From the NCBI RefSeq assembly GCF_004010195.1, contig NC_057718.1:8269552-8322872 (forward strand): 53,321 nucleotides of DNA. Direction: 5' to 3'. The notes under the pieces are model-generated. The model saw only the letters and a list, made by a program, of their open reading frames with translations. It made no database searches and had not been told where the DNA came from. This stretch comes from Chiloscyllium plagiosum (taxonomy: Eukaryota). Position 1 is the stretch's first letter, and the number at the start of each line of letters is the position of its first letter. Of this stretch, positions 12,671 through 26,110 are shown piece after piece. Made by a program: the position numbers and the translations under genes.

Positions 12671-13889
12671 TATTGCGTTACATAGAAAATGCAACACAGC
12701 GACTAGTAATCTGGGAACAACAATATAATAGTGGTACTAGTTTTCCATATTAGCCATTCACTTAACATGTTCCTGTATCGATTTGTTCCCACTCCAACTT
12801 TGAAGTAGACCTATTCTTAAATTTTGTTGTAGTCTCTGTTCAGCCACTAACTCTGAGGACAATTCACCCCCACACCAAAGACGACATTTTGCCTGTTGTT
12901 TTTCATAAATCTTTTAGATTTATTCTTACAGCTATAGGTCTATGCTGTAAAGGTCTCAACCAGTGGAAACCGACTGTGCCAATTTAGTCCTCCTTCACGT
13001 TTAAACACTTAGATTAAATCGTTTTTAAGGATCACTGCATATTTGACCCTACAATATCAGGCAAAAGTGAATCAGATTTGTCAAAATGATCAACTTGCTG
13101 ATTGATTCTTAAGTCCCAGCAGATGGCAAATAATATCAGAGTTTCAACTCCATCCCAAGCCAGTGATCCCCACGATAAAAGCCTGTGTCCATATGTGGAC
13201 ACCAGACAGAAAGAGCAATCATTCCACTGTCCCTGTGTTTGCATTATGATGGAAATCTAGGTGTCAAGATCTCTTAGAATTTACAATTGCAGCAGGAGCC
13301 CCTGCTCCAAAAAAATTTCCAGAATGGAAAAAACAGTTAGTATTAAGGTAAACAAACTGATGCAGTACAAAGAAGGCTCATTCCACAAATCCTTAAGTCA
13401 ATCAATTCAACAGACTACATTTCCTTAAGTGGACAAAATCTTATGGCATGATTTTGCACAATGGCCAGTGCATTCTTCTTGAGTTCCAATCAGTAAAACA
13501 AATTTATTTATTTATATTAAAACAGCAATTATACTGCAAAAGTCCTTTATTAGTTATAAAGCATTGCAAAAGGCACAGCATGGGTCATTCTAATTATTTT
13601 CTGTTTTGTAATTAAAGGCTAAAAAGATAATAAAACTATCCTTAATATCCTAAAGCAACCTCTATGCTGATTTTATCTTAAAGAAAGGTCAGGGACTGCG
13701 TGCAACAACATTGGGGAAGGAAAAAGCAGTGTTAGGGAACAAGTTACCATGGGTCACTCCCATTATAAATAGCTGAAACTTGGTTTTTACATTGAGTTCT
13801 GATAAAAACAAAGAGAAATACTATTGACTGTAAATGACCACAGGAGGATCCAGTCTGGTTAGTAAAATAGAGGGAATGATGGAAAAGTC

Positions 13890-15128
13890 TAATGGAACAT
13901 TAATCAACTCCAGCCTCCCTGCTACTCTTGACCCACTCCAATTTGCCTATCGGACGAACAGATCTACGTCAGATGCCATATCCCTTGCCCTTCACTCCTC
14001 CCTAGAACATCTTGACACATTACAGCTACGTAAGAATCCTACTCATTGACCATAGTTCAGCCTTCAACACTATTACCCCCTCAAGACTGATTACTAAACT
14101 TAGTGATCTCAGACTAAGCCCCACTCTCTGCAACTGGATTCTCAGTTTCCTGACCCACAAGCCACAATCAGTGAAGATTGGGGACAATATTTCATCCTCA
14201 CTAACACTCAATACTGGAGCCTACCAGGGGTGCATACTCAGCCCCCGACTGCACTCACTGTATACCCATGACTGTGTCGCCAAATACCAGACTAATGTCA
14301 TTTACAGGTTCGCTGATGACAACACCATAGTCAGTCGAATCTCAGGTGGTGATGAAACAGACTGCAGACGGGAGGTGGAAGACCTGGAAAAATGGTGCAC
14401 TGAGAACAACCTAGCTCTCAATGCCAGCAAAACCAAGGAATTCATTATTGATGTTCGGTGGGATGTTACTCATGGCCCCCCTACACATTAACAGCACAGT
14501 GGTGGAAGGAGTGGAGAGTGTCAAGCTCCTGGGAGCAGTCATCTGCAACAAGCTTTCTTGGACTCTTCAAACGGACACACTGGTTACAATGGCCCAACAT
14601 CTCTTTCTTCCTCAGGCAGCTGAGGAAATTTGGCATGATGGCAAATACCCATGCCAACTTTTATGGGTGCGCCACCAACGGCATTTTGTCTGGATGTATC
14701 ACTACCTGGTATGGCAACTGTACCATTCAAGATCGGAGATGGTTACAGAAGAATGATGAACTTGGTCCGGACAATCACAAAGGCCAACCTCCCATCTATA
14801 GAATCCATCTACCCGGCCCGCTGTCAAGGAAAGGCTGCCAGCATTCTCAAAGATCTATCCCACCCTGGCAACCTCTACCATCGGGGAGAAGGTACAGAAG
14901 CCTGAACACACGCACCAGCCGGTTTCAAAACAGTTTCTACCCTACTGTTGTTAGAATATGAATGGACTCTCATACTCTTAACATTTGCCTGTCCCTGTGT
15001 TTTTGTTTTTGCCACTGTTTACCTATTATTTACTATCTACGCTACTTAGCTCTGTGATCTGCCTGTATTGCTCGAAAGACAAGGCTTTTCACTGTGCCTC
15101 GGTACATGTGACAATAAATTCAATTCAA
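13890..15128 (+). mobile_element. Rex1/Babar-clade LINE, 5'-truncated, frameshifted RT
   Basis: [78 protein letters not shown]. The 3' end is caataaattcaattcaa. Confidence 0.9.
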
Positions 15129-16242
15129 TGGTCGTGGTGGGATTCAATATCAACTTTAGAGTCAGGCTCTCTGATCAAACGTACTGCACTAAATATATTT
15201 TAAAATAGTCAATATAAAAATGCTTTCATGGAAGGAGAGCTTTTAATAGGTTTGAGAATATCAATATCCCACTTTTCCTCTCTCATATCTTTTTTAGATT
15301 ACCATTTGCGAGATACAGTGCTTTTGATATCAAACATTGCAAACATGATTTTGTATTAGTTGCTAGCATGAGTGAGAGTTATTGGATAGCAAGAGGAAGA
15401 AGTTAATCTTCAAATCTTTATTCCTGAAAGGACTCGATTGAAAGATTGTTAAGCCTGTGGAGAAATGTCTGTCAGGAGTCTATTCAGTTTTGTTAATACA
15501 CTGGAATTCTCTGCTACTGAATAATTTTCCAAAGCGAGTGATGTTTCAAAATGATAATGTCAATTACAGATATATTTCTGAACACAAAATCTTCAATTTG
15601 TTGTGGTTAAAACCTTCCTCAAGGACATCTCCATTGGTTAGTTGGGAAACACACTTGCTGAGGTCCAGAGCACCATTTCACTATTCTAGGAACAAATTAT
15701 TGCCGATGCTGCAATCTATGCTGAAAACAACAAATGCTGGAGGTCACAGTGGATCAGACAGCATCCGTGGAGAGACAGCAAACTAACATTGAGTCTAAAT
15801 GACTATTCATCTCTTCTTACATTAATTTCCATAAACTATCTCAACATTTCCTTTCTGATAACAAAGGGGTAAGATTAATGAGTCTCACCAAACAGAGTAA
15901 CCAGTTGCTCATCCTCTAAGGGCCTCTGGGCATTTGCTGCATGTAAATTAGCTGCTACAGTTGAGAATTTTTAAAATATTTGTTAATGGTATGTGGGTGC
16001 AGCATTTATTGTTCATCTCTAATTGCCTGAAATGTTGTCTGTGAGCAGTCTTCTTCAAACACTGCAGTTTTTCGTGTAGGGGTACAGCAACAGTGCTATT
16101 AGAGAGGGAATTCCAGGATTTTGATCTGTGACAGTGAAGGTGCAGTGATATAGTTCCAGATGAAGAGGTTTGAGACTTGAAAGGGAACATTCAGTGGGTG
16201 TTGTTCCTGTGCATTTGTTGCCCTTGTCTTCAAAGTCATGGA

Positions 16243-16583
16243 TCATAGAAACCCTACAGTGTGGAAACAGACTGTGTGGCCCAACAAGTCAATACCGACC
16301 CTCTGAAGAGTAACCCATTCAAACCCATTTCCCTACCCTATTATTTACCCCGACTATGGAACGTAACCTACATATCCGAACACTATGGGCAAATTAGCAT
16401 GGCCAATTCATCTAACCTGCACATCTTTGGATTGTGGGAGGAAACCGAAGCACCCAGAGGAAACCCACGCAGACACGGGGAGAATGTGCAAACTCCACAC
16501 AGACAGTTGCCCGAAGGTGGAAACGAATCCGGGTCCCCAGTACTATGAGGTAACAGTGCTAACAACTGAGCCATCACGCCACC
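16243..16583 (-). mobile_element. HE1 SINE
   Basis: Head, V-domain and tail in reverse orientation. Confidence 0.92.
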
Positions 16584-16713
16584 CCAAAAAATTAAGGTTG
16601 TAGGTTTGGCTTAAGGAACTTTGATGAGATACTGCAGTACATCTTGGTAAATGGTACACACTGCCACTGTGCATTGATGGTTAGGGGAGTGAATGTTGAA
16701 TGGTGTGGATGTG

Positions 16714-16815
16714 ATTTTGAAGAGTGTGTTGCTGGAAAAGCACAGCCGGTCAGGCAGCATCCGAGAAGCAGGAGAGTCAACGTTTCGAGCATAAGCTCTT
16801 CATCAGGAATGATGT
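16714..16815 (-). mobile_element. 102-bp PLE terminal-repeat insertion with intact hammerhead motif and 10-bp TSD
   Basis: TSD tgtggatgtg at 16704-16713 and 16816-16825. Minus strand CTGATGA-A-GAGC-TTAT-GCTC-GAAA-CGTT (16806-16779). Confidence 0.85.
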
Positions 16816-17866
16816 TGTGGATGTGGTGCCAATCAAGTGGGCTATTTTATCCTGGATAATGTTAAAAGTTCTTCAGTGCTGTTGGAGCTGCTCTCATCCA
16901 CACAAGAGGGGAGTATTGCATCATACTTTGGACTCATGCCTTGTAGATGATGGACAGATACTGGTAAACGGAAAGCAACTTTCTCTCTGCAGAACACCAG
17001 GACACCAACTTCTTCTGTCCTGAGGCCAAGAGGATACACCACCTGAAACCACAACCACCTTGCTTTATTAGAATTGCTCCACCTAACTAAGAGATTTTCC
17101 CATCAATTCTCTTTGACTCAAGTTTTTCTTGACAACACGTGGGGTGAACTGAGTTGGTTCAAGACTGGCATTTGAGAAGCTGAGGTCTGCAGGATGCGAT
17201 TGGATGGACCATCCACCTGGTACTGCTGGCTGAAGACTGGTACAAATGCTTCAACCATGACTTTCGCACTGATGTGCTGGGGTGTAACTTCATTGAGGTT
17301 GGGGATATTTTTAGAGGCACCAACTTCTGTTAGTGGCAGGGCTTGGTTCTAACCCATTGTTTATGGGATCACTCAGTTGAATCTACAGTCTGCCGCTTTC
17401 ACTGCTTGACACACACAGGCCATCTTGTGCTGTAGCTTCACCAGTTGGCACATTGCTTTAAGCTATACACTCCTGGCATGTCTCCCTATACTGTTTATTG
17501 AACCAAGATAGTCATTAAGTGTAATTCATGCTGTCTGATGATGGCTTGTGCAGTTCAGCTTTTCTACCCCAGTTGATGTCTCTCCTGTATTTAGCTGACG
17601 GAAATTGGCAAGGACATTCGATTATGGACTGTCTTCACCATATTTGACACCATGCTCTACCTAGTACAGGCTGTGATCCTCACCAGTGAATCCAACACAG
17701 ACTCAAATGTCAGTAAACTTAGGTAAAGCAAGGCTGCATCATTGCACGAATGCTCTCTTCCATTTCACTTACTACAACATCCCACCCAATATCCATGAAG
17801 CTTCCTTGAATAGAACTTGGAGCTTCTATACAGGATTAGTAGCATTGCTTCCAGTCCAGAAGTCTA

Positions 17867-18167
17867 GAAACAGGCCATAAGGCCCAACGAGTTCACAATG
17901 ACCCTCCGAAGATTATCCCACCCACTCTGTTACTTTACATTATCCTGACTAATGCAACTAACCTACACATCCCTGAACACTATGGACAATTTAGTATTAC
18001 CAATTCACCTAACCTGCACATCTTTGAACTGTGGGAGGAAACTGGAGCACCCGGAGAAAACCCACGCAGACACGGGGAGAATGTGCAAACTCCACACAGT
18101 CGCTCGAGGCTGGAATCGAACCTGGGTCCCTGCCACTGTGAGGCAGCAGTGCTAACCATTGAGCCAC
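17867..18167 (-). mobile_element. HE1 SINE
   Basis: Head, V-domain and tail in reverse orientation. Confidence 0.9.
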
Positions 18168-18194
18168 TCTATGTAGAGATATTTGACAGAACAG

Positions 18195-18800
18195 GTCTAA
18201 AGTTAAACATTCAGAAGACAAGGATCCCCTACCGGAGAACTCCCGCTGCACAACACTGACCCCGACTATTAAAATTCATGGCCACTGGACAACGTGGAAG
18301 CTCCATTTCAGAGAGGACAGACATTGACAATGAACTCAACATCACCTCCAGTCTGCCAGCACAGTCTTGGGTCTTTTGAAAGACAGCATTTGATGACTAA
18401 GATCATAAATCTGACATCAAGCACAGTTTACAGGGCAGTAGACTGACCCATCCTGGCAGAAAAACACTGGTGTTGCCTCTGCAAAACCTTGCAAACCCAA
18501 TGGCAAAACAGGTCTCCAATATCGATGTCCTCCCTCAGGCTAACATCTCTAGCCTTGAAGCACTGGTCTATTGATTAACCACACTGGGTAAAGCAGATCA
18601 TCCACATGCCTGACACAAGACTTCCCAAGCAAGCCCTCTATTCTAAGCTTTGTTATGGCAAGTGGTTATCAGGAGAGCAGAGGAAACACTTCAAGGACAT
18701 CCTGTAAAGCTGAAATATTCTCACCAACATGCAGAAATCTCTTGCTCAAAACAGACTGAATTAAAGAAGTTTTCAGGAAAGTGCAACCTTCTTGAGCATC
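18195..18800 (+). mobile_element. Degraded RTE-clade LINE C-terminal fragment
   Basis: HMPDTRLPKQALYSKLCYGKWLSGEQRKHFKDIL resembles the RTE ORF C-terminus (RMPDxRLPKQxLYxEL..G..KRFKD). Confidence 0.65.
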
Positions 18801-19499
18801 TTGGCCTACTGAGCATGGGCCTGTCTTTGTGTAAAAGTGGCACAATTCACCAAGTCTCCTTCAACATCATGAAGACCATATCTTTGTTATTTTTGATTAT
18901 GGACTGAAATGGAAAAAGAATTGTTTTAAAAACCAAGGATTGTGGAATAGATTAGTGTACTTTTTAAAAGCAGGTTACCAATATTGATGGCAAATACTGT
19001 TTACATTGCTGTTTGTTCAGCAGTGGTGAGAAGGCGTTCTAGACACACGTTACTGCAAATAAGCAGGTACTAAAATGAAATGTGGCCGGCAAATAACTGA
19101 GCGGCCTGTGAAGTAGTCACCAGTTGTCAATAACGAAGGCCTTGTGCTAGGTGACTGGCTCCCAGGTAGCTGAACAGCTTGGGGCTGTGACTAAGATATT
19201 CAGAAGCCTTCAGACTTCCAGAAGAGAAGGTGCTGTTCTTTCCTCTGTAAATAAACAATAGAAGCTACAGAAAGCCTTTTTATTTCCCCTTATCAGTTAC
19301 TGTAAACTGTGGGTTTGAACCAGTAAGTCAGAAACGTTATAATTTGTGAACTAATTCTTCTATGCTTCCTTCAAGGAAGTCAAAGTTCCTGAAAAAAGAA
19401 AGAGAGAGACAGAGAAATCAATGAACATAAAGTCCTGGATAACCAAAAGGACCACCTTGGCGAATACTTGGACAGGGCCCACTGAAATGCCTTCCAGTT

Positions 19500-19591
19500 T
19501 TTCTCCTTGGATGCTGCCTGACCTGTTGCGCTTTTTCAGCAACACATTTTTCAGCTCTGATCTCTAGCATCTGCAGTCCTCACTTTCTCCT
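19500..19591 (+). mobile_element. PLE terminal-repeat 3' fragment (no hammerhead)
   Basis: Near-identical to 27088-27175 (ctccttggatgctgcctgacctg..ctgcagtcctcactttctcct). Confidence 0.85.
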
Positions 19592-19789
19592 GGTAGAGTT
19601 TATGTCAATGTTTCATAACTGTTTATCACTAGCTTGAATTTATTTGTTACGACAGAATAATCTTTGATAAACATAGAAACATGCTGTGCTTTCTGTCAAC
19701 CTGGGCCTAAACAGACAGCTAAATTAGGGAAATTCTGCATACTTTGCTAAAACTTTTTACTTTTGTAATGACTCCGGCAACAGTGCTCT

Positions 19790-20073
19790 GGCCTAGTAAA
19801 GCACAGCAACATCACATTCCAAACCCACGACCACTACCACTGAGAAGGATGAGGCAGCAGGTACATGGGAATTCCCCTCCAAATCACTGACCATCCTGAC
19901 TTGGAAATAGATCACTGTCACTTTACTGTTCTTGGGTTGAAATCCTGGAAATCTCTCCTTAATGGCATTGTGGGTCTGCCTACAGCACATGGACTTCAGT
20001 GGTTCAAGAATGCAGCTCACCACCCACCTACTCAAGGGGCAACTAGAGATGGGCAATAAATGCTGTCCCAGCC
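19790..20073 (+). mobile_element. 3' end of old CR1/L2-clade LINE
   Basis: Homologous to 8250-8510; ends gggcaataaatgctgtcccagcc. Confidence 0.7.
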
Positions 20074-20771
20074 ATTTTCTTACTGGTCCTATAGAGAAGC
20101 TCCATGCTTCACACACAGTGGAGTGCCACAGTGAGTACAGTGGAGGAGAGTGTGTGTGATGATGCAACCTTGCTGTATTTAAATTTGCAGACATTTGGGT
20201 GTGTGGTGGATTCACTAGTGAGGATTGGAGAAGAAAGGCAACGAATTTCTATGGGAAGCTAAATAAGATGACAGTCTATAATCCAATCTAGCCTCTGCCC
20301 CCGCAACTTATCGTGGGTTCCATCAGAGTGTGTATTGGGTTCAATAAAGCAGAAAAATTGAAAACAATGAGAAACACACGAAAATGCAAGTTCTTCAAAA
20401 CGCCATATGACTGTTCCACAGATGTGACTGTTCGGCCACTCAGGACCCACATCTCCAGAGCGGGAGAATGTCATCTTCCATCTTGAGACAGACTGCCAAA
20501 GGAGAAAGTATTGCTGAGCAGTTGCTGCTTGACAGCACTGTTCATGACCCCTTCGATCATTTTACTGATGCTTGAGAGCAAACTAATCAAACTGTAATTT
20601 ATAGAATTGGATTTGCCCTGCTGTTCATGGACAGAACATATCTGGGCTATTTTCCACATTATTGGACAGTTGCCTATACTGAAACAGCTTGCCGAGATGT
20701 ATGGTTAATATCAGAGCACAAGTCTCAGTACCATTTTTGTTGGGGTCCATAACCTTTACACTGTTCAGTAC

Positions 20772-20821
20772 CTGAAAATGTGTTGCTGGAAAAGCGCAGC
20801 AGGTCAGGTAGCATCCAAGGA
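20772..20821 (-). mobile_element. Short PLE terminal-repeat fragment
   Basis: ctgaaaatgtgttgctggaaaagcgcagcaggtcagg.agcatccaagga matches 26115-26164. Confidence 0.75.
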
Positions 20822-21050
20822 ACCTACCCGGGCTTCAAAATTAATTCAATGGTGTGAAGCACTTTGAGACAACAAAGGAATGTTGATGCTGCTATACCAA
20901 TGCAACTTTTAAAACACAAACAATCCTTAGGATTAAGATTCAAAGGTTCTCCTCTTACTTGGGCACATAACAGTGGTCATGATGCAAGATCTAACCTTAA
21001 ATCACAGGCACACAACACATTTCTGGATCATAGTTGTACACAATACTTGC

Positions 21051-21126
21051 CTCTTCAGTGAGCTCTCCGAACACAGTAAGGACATCATATAACAGGCTGG
21101 AGGTGTAGAATGATTTGATCATGTTT
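21051..21126 (-). CDS. vta1: vta1 coding exon (equivalent to exon 4), 76 nt, GC splice donor
   Basis: tttgtttttcacag|A AAC ATG ATC AAA...GAA GAG|gcaagt translates (K)NMIKSFYTSSLLYDVLTVFGELTEE and completes the split AA|A codon of the previous exon. Confidence 0.95.
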
Positions 21127-22949
21127 CTGTGAAAAACAAAATATTACTTCAAACTTACAGGATTAGGCTCTAAATCCATATTACAACATTGATTTTTTTT
21201 TGTCTCCTTTTAGCAAAGATATTCCCTTGTGCTCATCAGAATTAGGACACAGAGAAAGGGCACCAACTTATAAAAAAAATTAGAAGAGGGCACTGATGGG
21301 TTGGGCCATCATTATCATTGAGATGCAGCTGTCAATTTTAGTTCTTAGAAAAGGCAGACTTTGACTGGTTAGGATTCTGTCATAGAAATATGGCACAAGA
21401 TTAGCAGTCTCCATGATCTTCCTTTGTTTCGGAATTAAAAGGTGCAATAAATTTTAAAAATTCTTCTTGTCTACATAAAACAGAGCCCTGTGAGTTAATA
21501 TACGTAGTTTATGACATGCACAAATGCATCAAATTGGGGGCATAACTGATACACCACTCGCATTTACTACAAAGCAGCAGTGCAAAAAGGTTTCACTTGA
21601 TGCTCAAGTTTCTGCGATATCTTCTCCTTGTGCAGTAATTTAGGGTAGAACTGGGCCCCGTTCAGGGCCAACAGTGGTGGGCAGAGGCCCTTTCATGTGT
21701 CTTTACAAGTGATGATTTGATCAGGGTAGCTAGACATTATTGCATGGAATAGTTTTGACATACCTCATCTCAGCATGAAGCTCAAATTGTAGCAGATGGC
21801 AAGGATCATATTCATGAGATTTCTAGAAATCTTGTAGTGTATGCACTGTAGGAATCCCAACGTGAATATCAGTCAATGAACATAGGCTTTTGGTAGATAG
21901 GAGGTGAGAACTTAGTGTAGACTTCTAAACTGACACACTAAGCAAACAAAGCTTGTTCCATTGCACCCATCTCATTTCAGCATCATCCGGAATTTATTAG
22001 TGTATCTTGGAAGGGGAAAGTCTCTCAAAAATTTGAAGAAAAGATGAAGTTAGGTTTCTCACATTGTTACTTAGCAGTAAACTCACAAGTGAATATATCC
22101 GTTAAGCTATAAAAGGTTGTTTGTCTAGCACACGTGTAATGTGATACAAATTTTACTGCCAGGTATGTAGACAAATATCCCAACAATTGTCGGATGTATC
22201 AAACAATACTCCCCAGTGACTATTTGCAGTGGGCAGCATGCTCATATGTCCACAATTAGGTATGATTCTGCTATTGGACATTATTTATTAAATAATCCAG
22301 ATTCCATAGAAAATAACTCCAGAAGTTAATTTAAGACTATCAGTCAGGGTTGCGGTGTTATGCATTTACATATGCTATGAGCTACATATTCTATTTTAAA
22401 TGTTAGGTAGGCAAAAGAAATTTTTACATACATTGTCTTTATGTCATTGGAACAGAGCAAGGAGTTATAGAGTCTGCCAACTTTGCTGCATTCCCACAAC
22501 AACACTGATCAGTCATAGTTTATCTTCCTAGTCTAAGAACGAAGACTGACAGTTAACTGTTCCTGTTGTATCTCCATGCTATTAATGACCCTACAAATCA
22601 GTTTTGTCTCCTGCTGCACAAATTGGAGTCCCTTGTCTGAAGTCTGGTTTTGGTGCCCGAGTTCTGATGAGTGCAAGACAAAAACCTTTGACTTCTTGTC
22701 TCCTTGCACCAGTGTTTTAAGTTTTATAATATCAAGCGATATTGACAGAATTGCTGAGGTCTGCAGAAAAAGACCTTTCAGCCCACTGAGTCTGTCCAAT
22801 CAAAGTAACCATCTAACTAGTCTAATCCCATTTTCTAGCACTTGGCGTGTAGCTTTGTATGCCTTGGCATCACAAGTGGACATCTGAAAATTTCTTACAT
22901 TTTATGAGGGTATCTGCTCCTATTTACAGGCAATCTGTTCCTGAATTCC

Positions 22950-23595
22950 ATACAGCATGGAAACAGGCCCTTTGATCCAACTCATCCATGCTGACGAGAC
23001 ATCCGGATCTGACCTAGTCCTACTTGCTAGCATTTGGCAATATCCCTCTAAATCCTTCCTGCTCATGTATCCATGCAGATGCCTTTTAAATGTTGTCATT
23101 GTACCAGCCTCCACCACTTCCTCAGCAGCTTGTTCCATACACATACCACCCTCTGCGTGAAAACGTTATCCCCTCAGGTCCTTTTTAAGTCTTTCCCTTC
23201 TCACCTTAAACCTATGCCCACTAGTTTTAGACTCCCCCATCCTAGGAAAAAGACCTTCGCTATATACCCTATCATGCCCCTCATGATTTTACAAACCTCA
23301 ATAAAGTCACCCCTCAGCCTCCGACACTCCAGAGAAAAAAAATAACCAGCCTATTGGGTCCCTCCTTAAACTCAAACCCTCCAGACCTGGCAACATCCTT
23401 GTACAAAGGAACCTCAACTATCCGACATTCAACTATCCGAATATCGGATTATCTGGCAAGATTGCAAGGTTCCGATGCTCAGCTAAACTATGTTATCCGA
23501 AATTCGATTATCTGGAATTTGTTTAACCAAAGGAAATACTCCCTGCCTGTGTCCTTTTGACAATCAAGGTTCCTCTGTAAATCCTTTCTGCAAAT
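22950..23595 (-). mobile_element. CR1 (HER1-like) LINE 3' end interrupted by a MITE
   Basis: EEVVEAGTMTTFKRHLHGYMSRK; reverse complement of the 46650-47080 region. Confidence 0.88.
23404..23577. mobile_element. Tc1/mariner-pogo (Tigger-like) MITE, 174 bp
   Basis: TIRs caaaggaacct / aggttcctctg with TA on both sides (23402-3, 23578-9). Removing it restores the CR1 sequence ggcaacatccttgTAaatc. Confidence 0.85.
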
Positions 23596-24824
23596 CTCCT
23601 CCAAATCTCCTGACCCTTACATTAAATCTATGCCCTGGTCATTGATCCCTTCACCAAGGGGAGAAGCTTGTTCATCTGTACCTTGTCAAAACTTTAAATC
23701 CAAAGTTTAAAATTATTAGATGGACGTTTTTTAAAATCACTTTTATTATTTCTTCCACACAAATATGGCTGATCTAATCCTTGCCATTGCTAGTTAAGAT
23801 TGGACATGCATTGCAAGTATTCTTGGAAAATGAATGTAAAATAATAGATCTGTTGTTCAACAAGAACACTTGCGCAGTGAGCATCAAACACCTGCACACA
23901 AAGTATCACTGTTATATTATTAGTTTATATAGTCACGCATCAACTCTAAGTCTGAAAGCCCAACACTAACGTTTCTTTCATCTGTTTTCAGGATGTGGCC
24001 AACATTTCTAAGGCTATACCTCTTGACTGGGAGGACCCTGAGTCGACCACAGATTGAAGCCTCATTTAGGCCAAGCCAAGCAGGGTTTGTGGGTTGACTG
24101 CTTATTTGCATCAAAAACCATCAACGAACTAGTGAGTTTATCCTAATAGGAATCCATTTTAATAAAGTAATAACTAAAAAAAACTCTCTCATTGCTGATC
24201 CCTGCAATCTTTCTCAGGAGTTATTTATTCCATATACATTGGGATTGATAAGGTCATACACTCTGAACAGTTTAGAATCATTAGAAATGACTGGATACAC
24301 ATTAACTAATGTTTACAGAGGAAAAACCTAGAGGTGGTGGTCTAGGGTACACAAACATAGCAATTTATTTATTTTGGTAGGTTACCATGCAACATAATCT
24401 ATATTTTTCAAAAGGAAAATGAATGCCAGAACAGGTTTTCCAAAACACATTTTCCTGACCATCGCTAAAAGAGATTTGAGACACAGAAACATTCTTTTTG
24501 AACTGTTTTCAGCATCTTTGAGCCAACTGGTATTAAGTGGAGTCCGTTGCCTTGTTTACACTATATTTTCCTTAGTTCCTGCATGTAGCAGTACAATGGA
24601 TTTAAATCAGTGGGATGGTTGTGATTTCCCTGTGCAGTCAGCCAAGTTACTGTCAAAATCCTTTGAAAATTTGTCTTATCAGAACAAATATCGAGCAAAG
24701 AATATTCAGAGTGCCACTATAAACACTCAACAGTTATGACGGACAAATCTGCAGTGGCTCAAATACTTGGGAGGTCCTTGCCTGTTGGTTTGGCATTCAT
24801 TTTAAAATAAATTCCTATTGTCTC

Positions 24825-25140
24825 AGCTGGCATTCTAACCTCTGCATCAGAAGAGTGTTGGTTTAAACTCCAGAATGGGTTGGAACTCAAAACCAACTGT
24901 AACACCTCAAATGAGATGCTGGAGTACTGAATTGTCAGATGTGTCATCCAACAGACAAAATAGGCAGCTGAAGCCCTTCATGTGGTAACTTAAAGGACAA
25001 TACTGGACTGCCTGGTGTTCTGCCTAACATTTCTCTCTTCAACAATAGCAAATACAAGCTAATTGGTCATACATCACATTGTAGGCTCATACTAAATGCA
25101 AAAGGCTGACACATGCTTTCAAATAATTAATTTGATGCAA
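24825..25140 (+). mobile_element. Degraded DeuSINE (SacSINE1-like)
   Basis: cctctgcatcagaag..gtttaaactcc head and gtactgaattgtcagatgtgtcatc Deu-like core, recognised from memory only. Confidence 0.4.
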
Positions 25141-25179
25141 AAACACAGCATCTCTCCCAAGCACACTGGCAGAAAAATG

Positions 25180-25305
25180 CTGTGGAGGTGCTGGTATTGG
25201 ACTGGGGTGGACAAAGTCTGAAGTCACAGGATACCAGGTTATAGTCCAATCGATTTATTTGAAATCACAAGCTTTCAGAGTGCTGCTTCTTCATCAGGTG
25301 AAGTG
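25180..25305 (-). mobile_element. PLE terminal repeat (second family) with hammerhead-like motif
   Basis: Minus strand CAC-CTGATGA-AGAAGCAGCACTCT-GAAA-GCTT-GTG (25300-25266): stem I CAC/GTG and palindromic AGCT. A related fragment lies at 44508-44551. Confidence 0.7.
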
Positions 25306-25335
25306 GATAGATAAATGAAGGCCAGCTCTTTAGGT

Positions 25336-25667
25336 ATCATAAAATCATAGAATCCATTGAATGTGGAATCAGGCCATTCAGTACATCGAGTTCACACTGA
25401 CCTTCTGAAGAGCATCCCACTCAGACTCACCCTCCCTAACCCTATAACCATGCATTTCCCATAGCTAACCCACCTAGCCTGCAGGTCCTGGATACTATGG
25501 GTAATTTAGCATGGTCAATCCACCTAATCCGCACACCTTTGGACTCTGGGAGGAAATCAGAGCATCTAGAGGACACCCATGCAGAAACAGTAAGAATGTG
25601 CAGACTCCACTCAGAGAGTCGCCTGAGGTTGGCACTGTGAGGCAACAGTTGCTAACCACTGAGCCAC
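25336..25667 (-). mobile_element. HE1 SINE (diverged)
   Basis: V-domain and head remnants in reverse orientation. Confidence 0.85.
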
Positions 25668-25936
25668 TAGTGTCCAATTGTATCATTTTGGCATGCATTA
25701 AAATCAGCTTACTTTACTTTGTGCTAGATGCTCTGTGTCGGTGCACTCAATGTGGAATTTTAAAGAGCTGGCATAGCCATTACGAGTCCTTGCCCCCTTG
25801 CGCCCTGATTAATGTTGTGGTGTTGTCTACAAGATGATTTAAAAAGCATCATTCACACGGTCAGTCAGCTTAACTATGCAAATTATGATGTCAATTGTAC
25901 ATTTTGCAAGGAGGACATTAGATTGTTTTGGAAGTA

Positions 25937-26086
25937 CAGAGGAACCTCGATTACTGGCACACGATTAACTGAACTTCGGATCATCTGAACAAGATTGCAA
26001 GGTCCCGATGCGTGGCTAGCTATGTTACCTGGCATTCAATTAACCGAACAAAATACTCCCTGCCTGCTTCCTTCAGAGGTTCCTCC
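25937..26086. mobile_element. Second copy of the Tigger-like MITE
   Basis: TA-cagaggaacctc ... gaggttcctc(c)-TA. Internal caagattgcaaggt and aaatactccctgcctg are shared with 23404-23577. Confidence 0.8.
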
Positions 26087-26110
26087 TAATATAGCTTATT
26101 TCTTATAATC

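Larger units (their letters stand above)
15985..17510 (-). mobile_element. Old CR1/L2-clade LINE (same family as 5420-8510), interrupted by an HE1 and a mini-PLE
   Basis: Reverse-complement similarity to 7990-8510 (ggatgtggtgccaatcaagtgg; cagcatttattg) and to 5450-5600. Confidence 0.7.

Noticed and set aside
18940..19785. Possible solo LTR (also about 49350-49990)
   Set aside because: LTR-like feel only; no confident TG...CA ends with a TSD, PBS or internal ORF.
1..21050. vta1 exon 5 (KHRKYARWKA...)
   Set aside because: Not found by eye; probably outside the window. A tBLASTn search would confirm.
23404..23530. Short repeated motifs (caactatccga) resembling an array
   Set aside because: Internal subterminal repeats of a MITE; no CRISPR-like repeat-spacer structure in this eukaryotic DNA.
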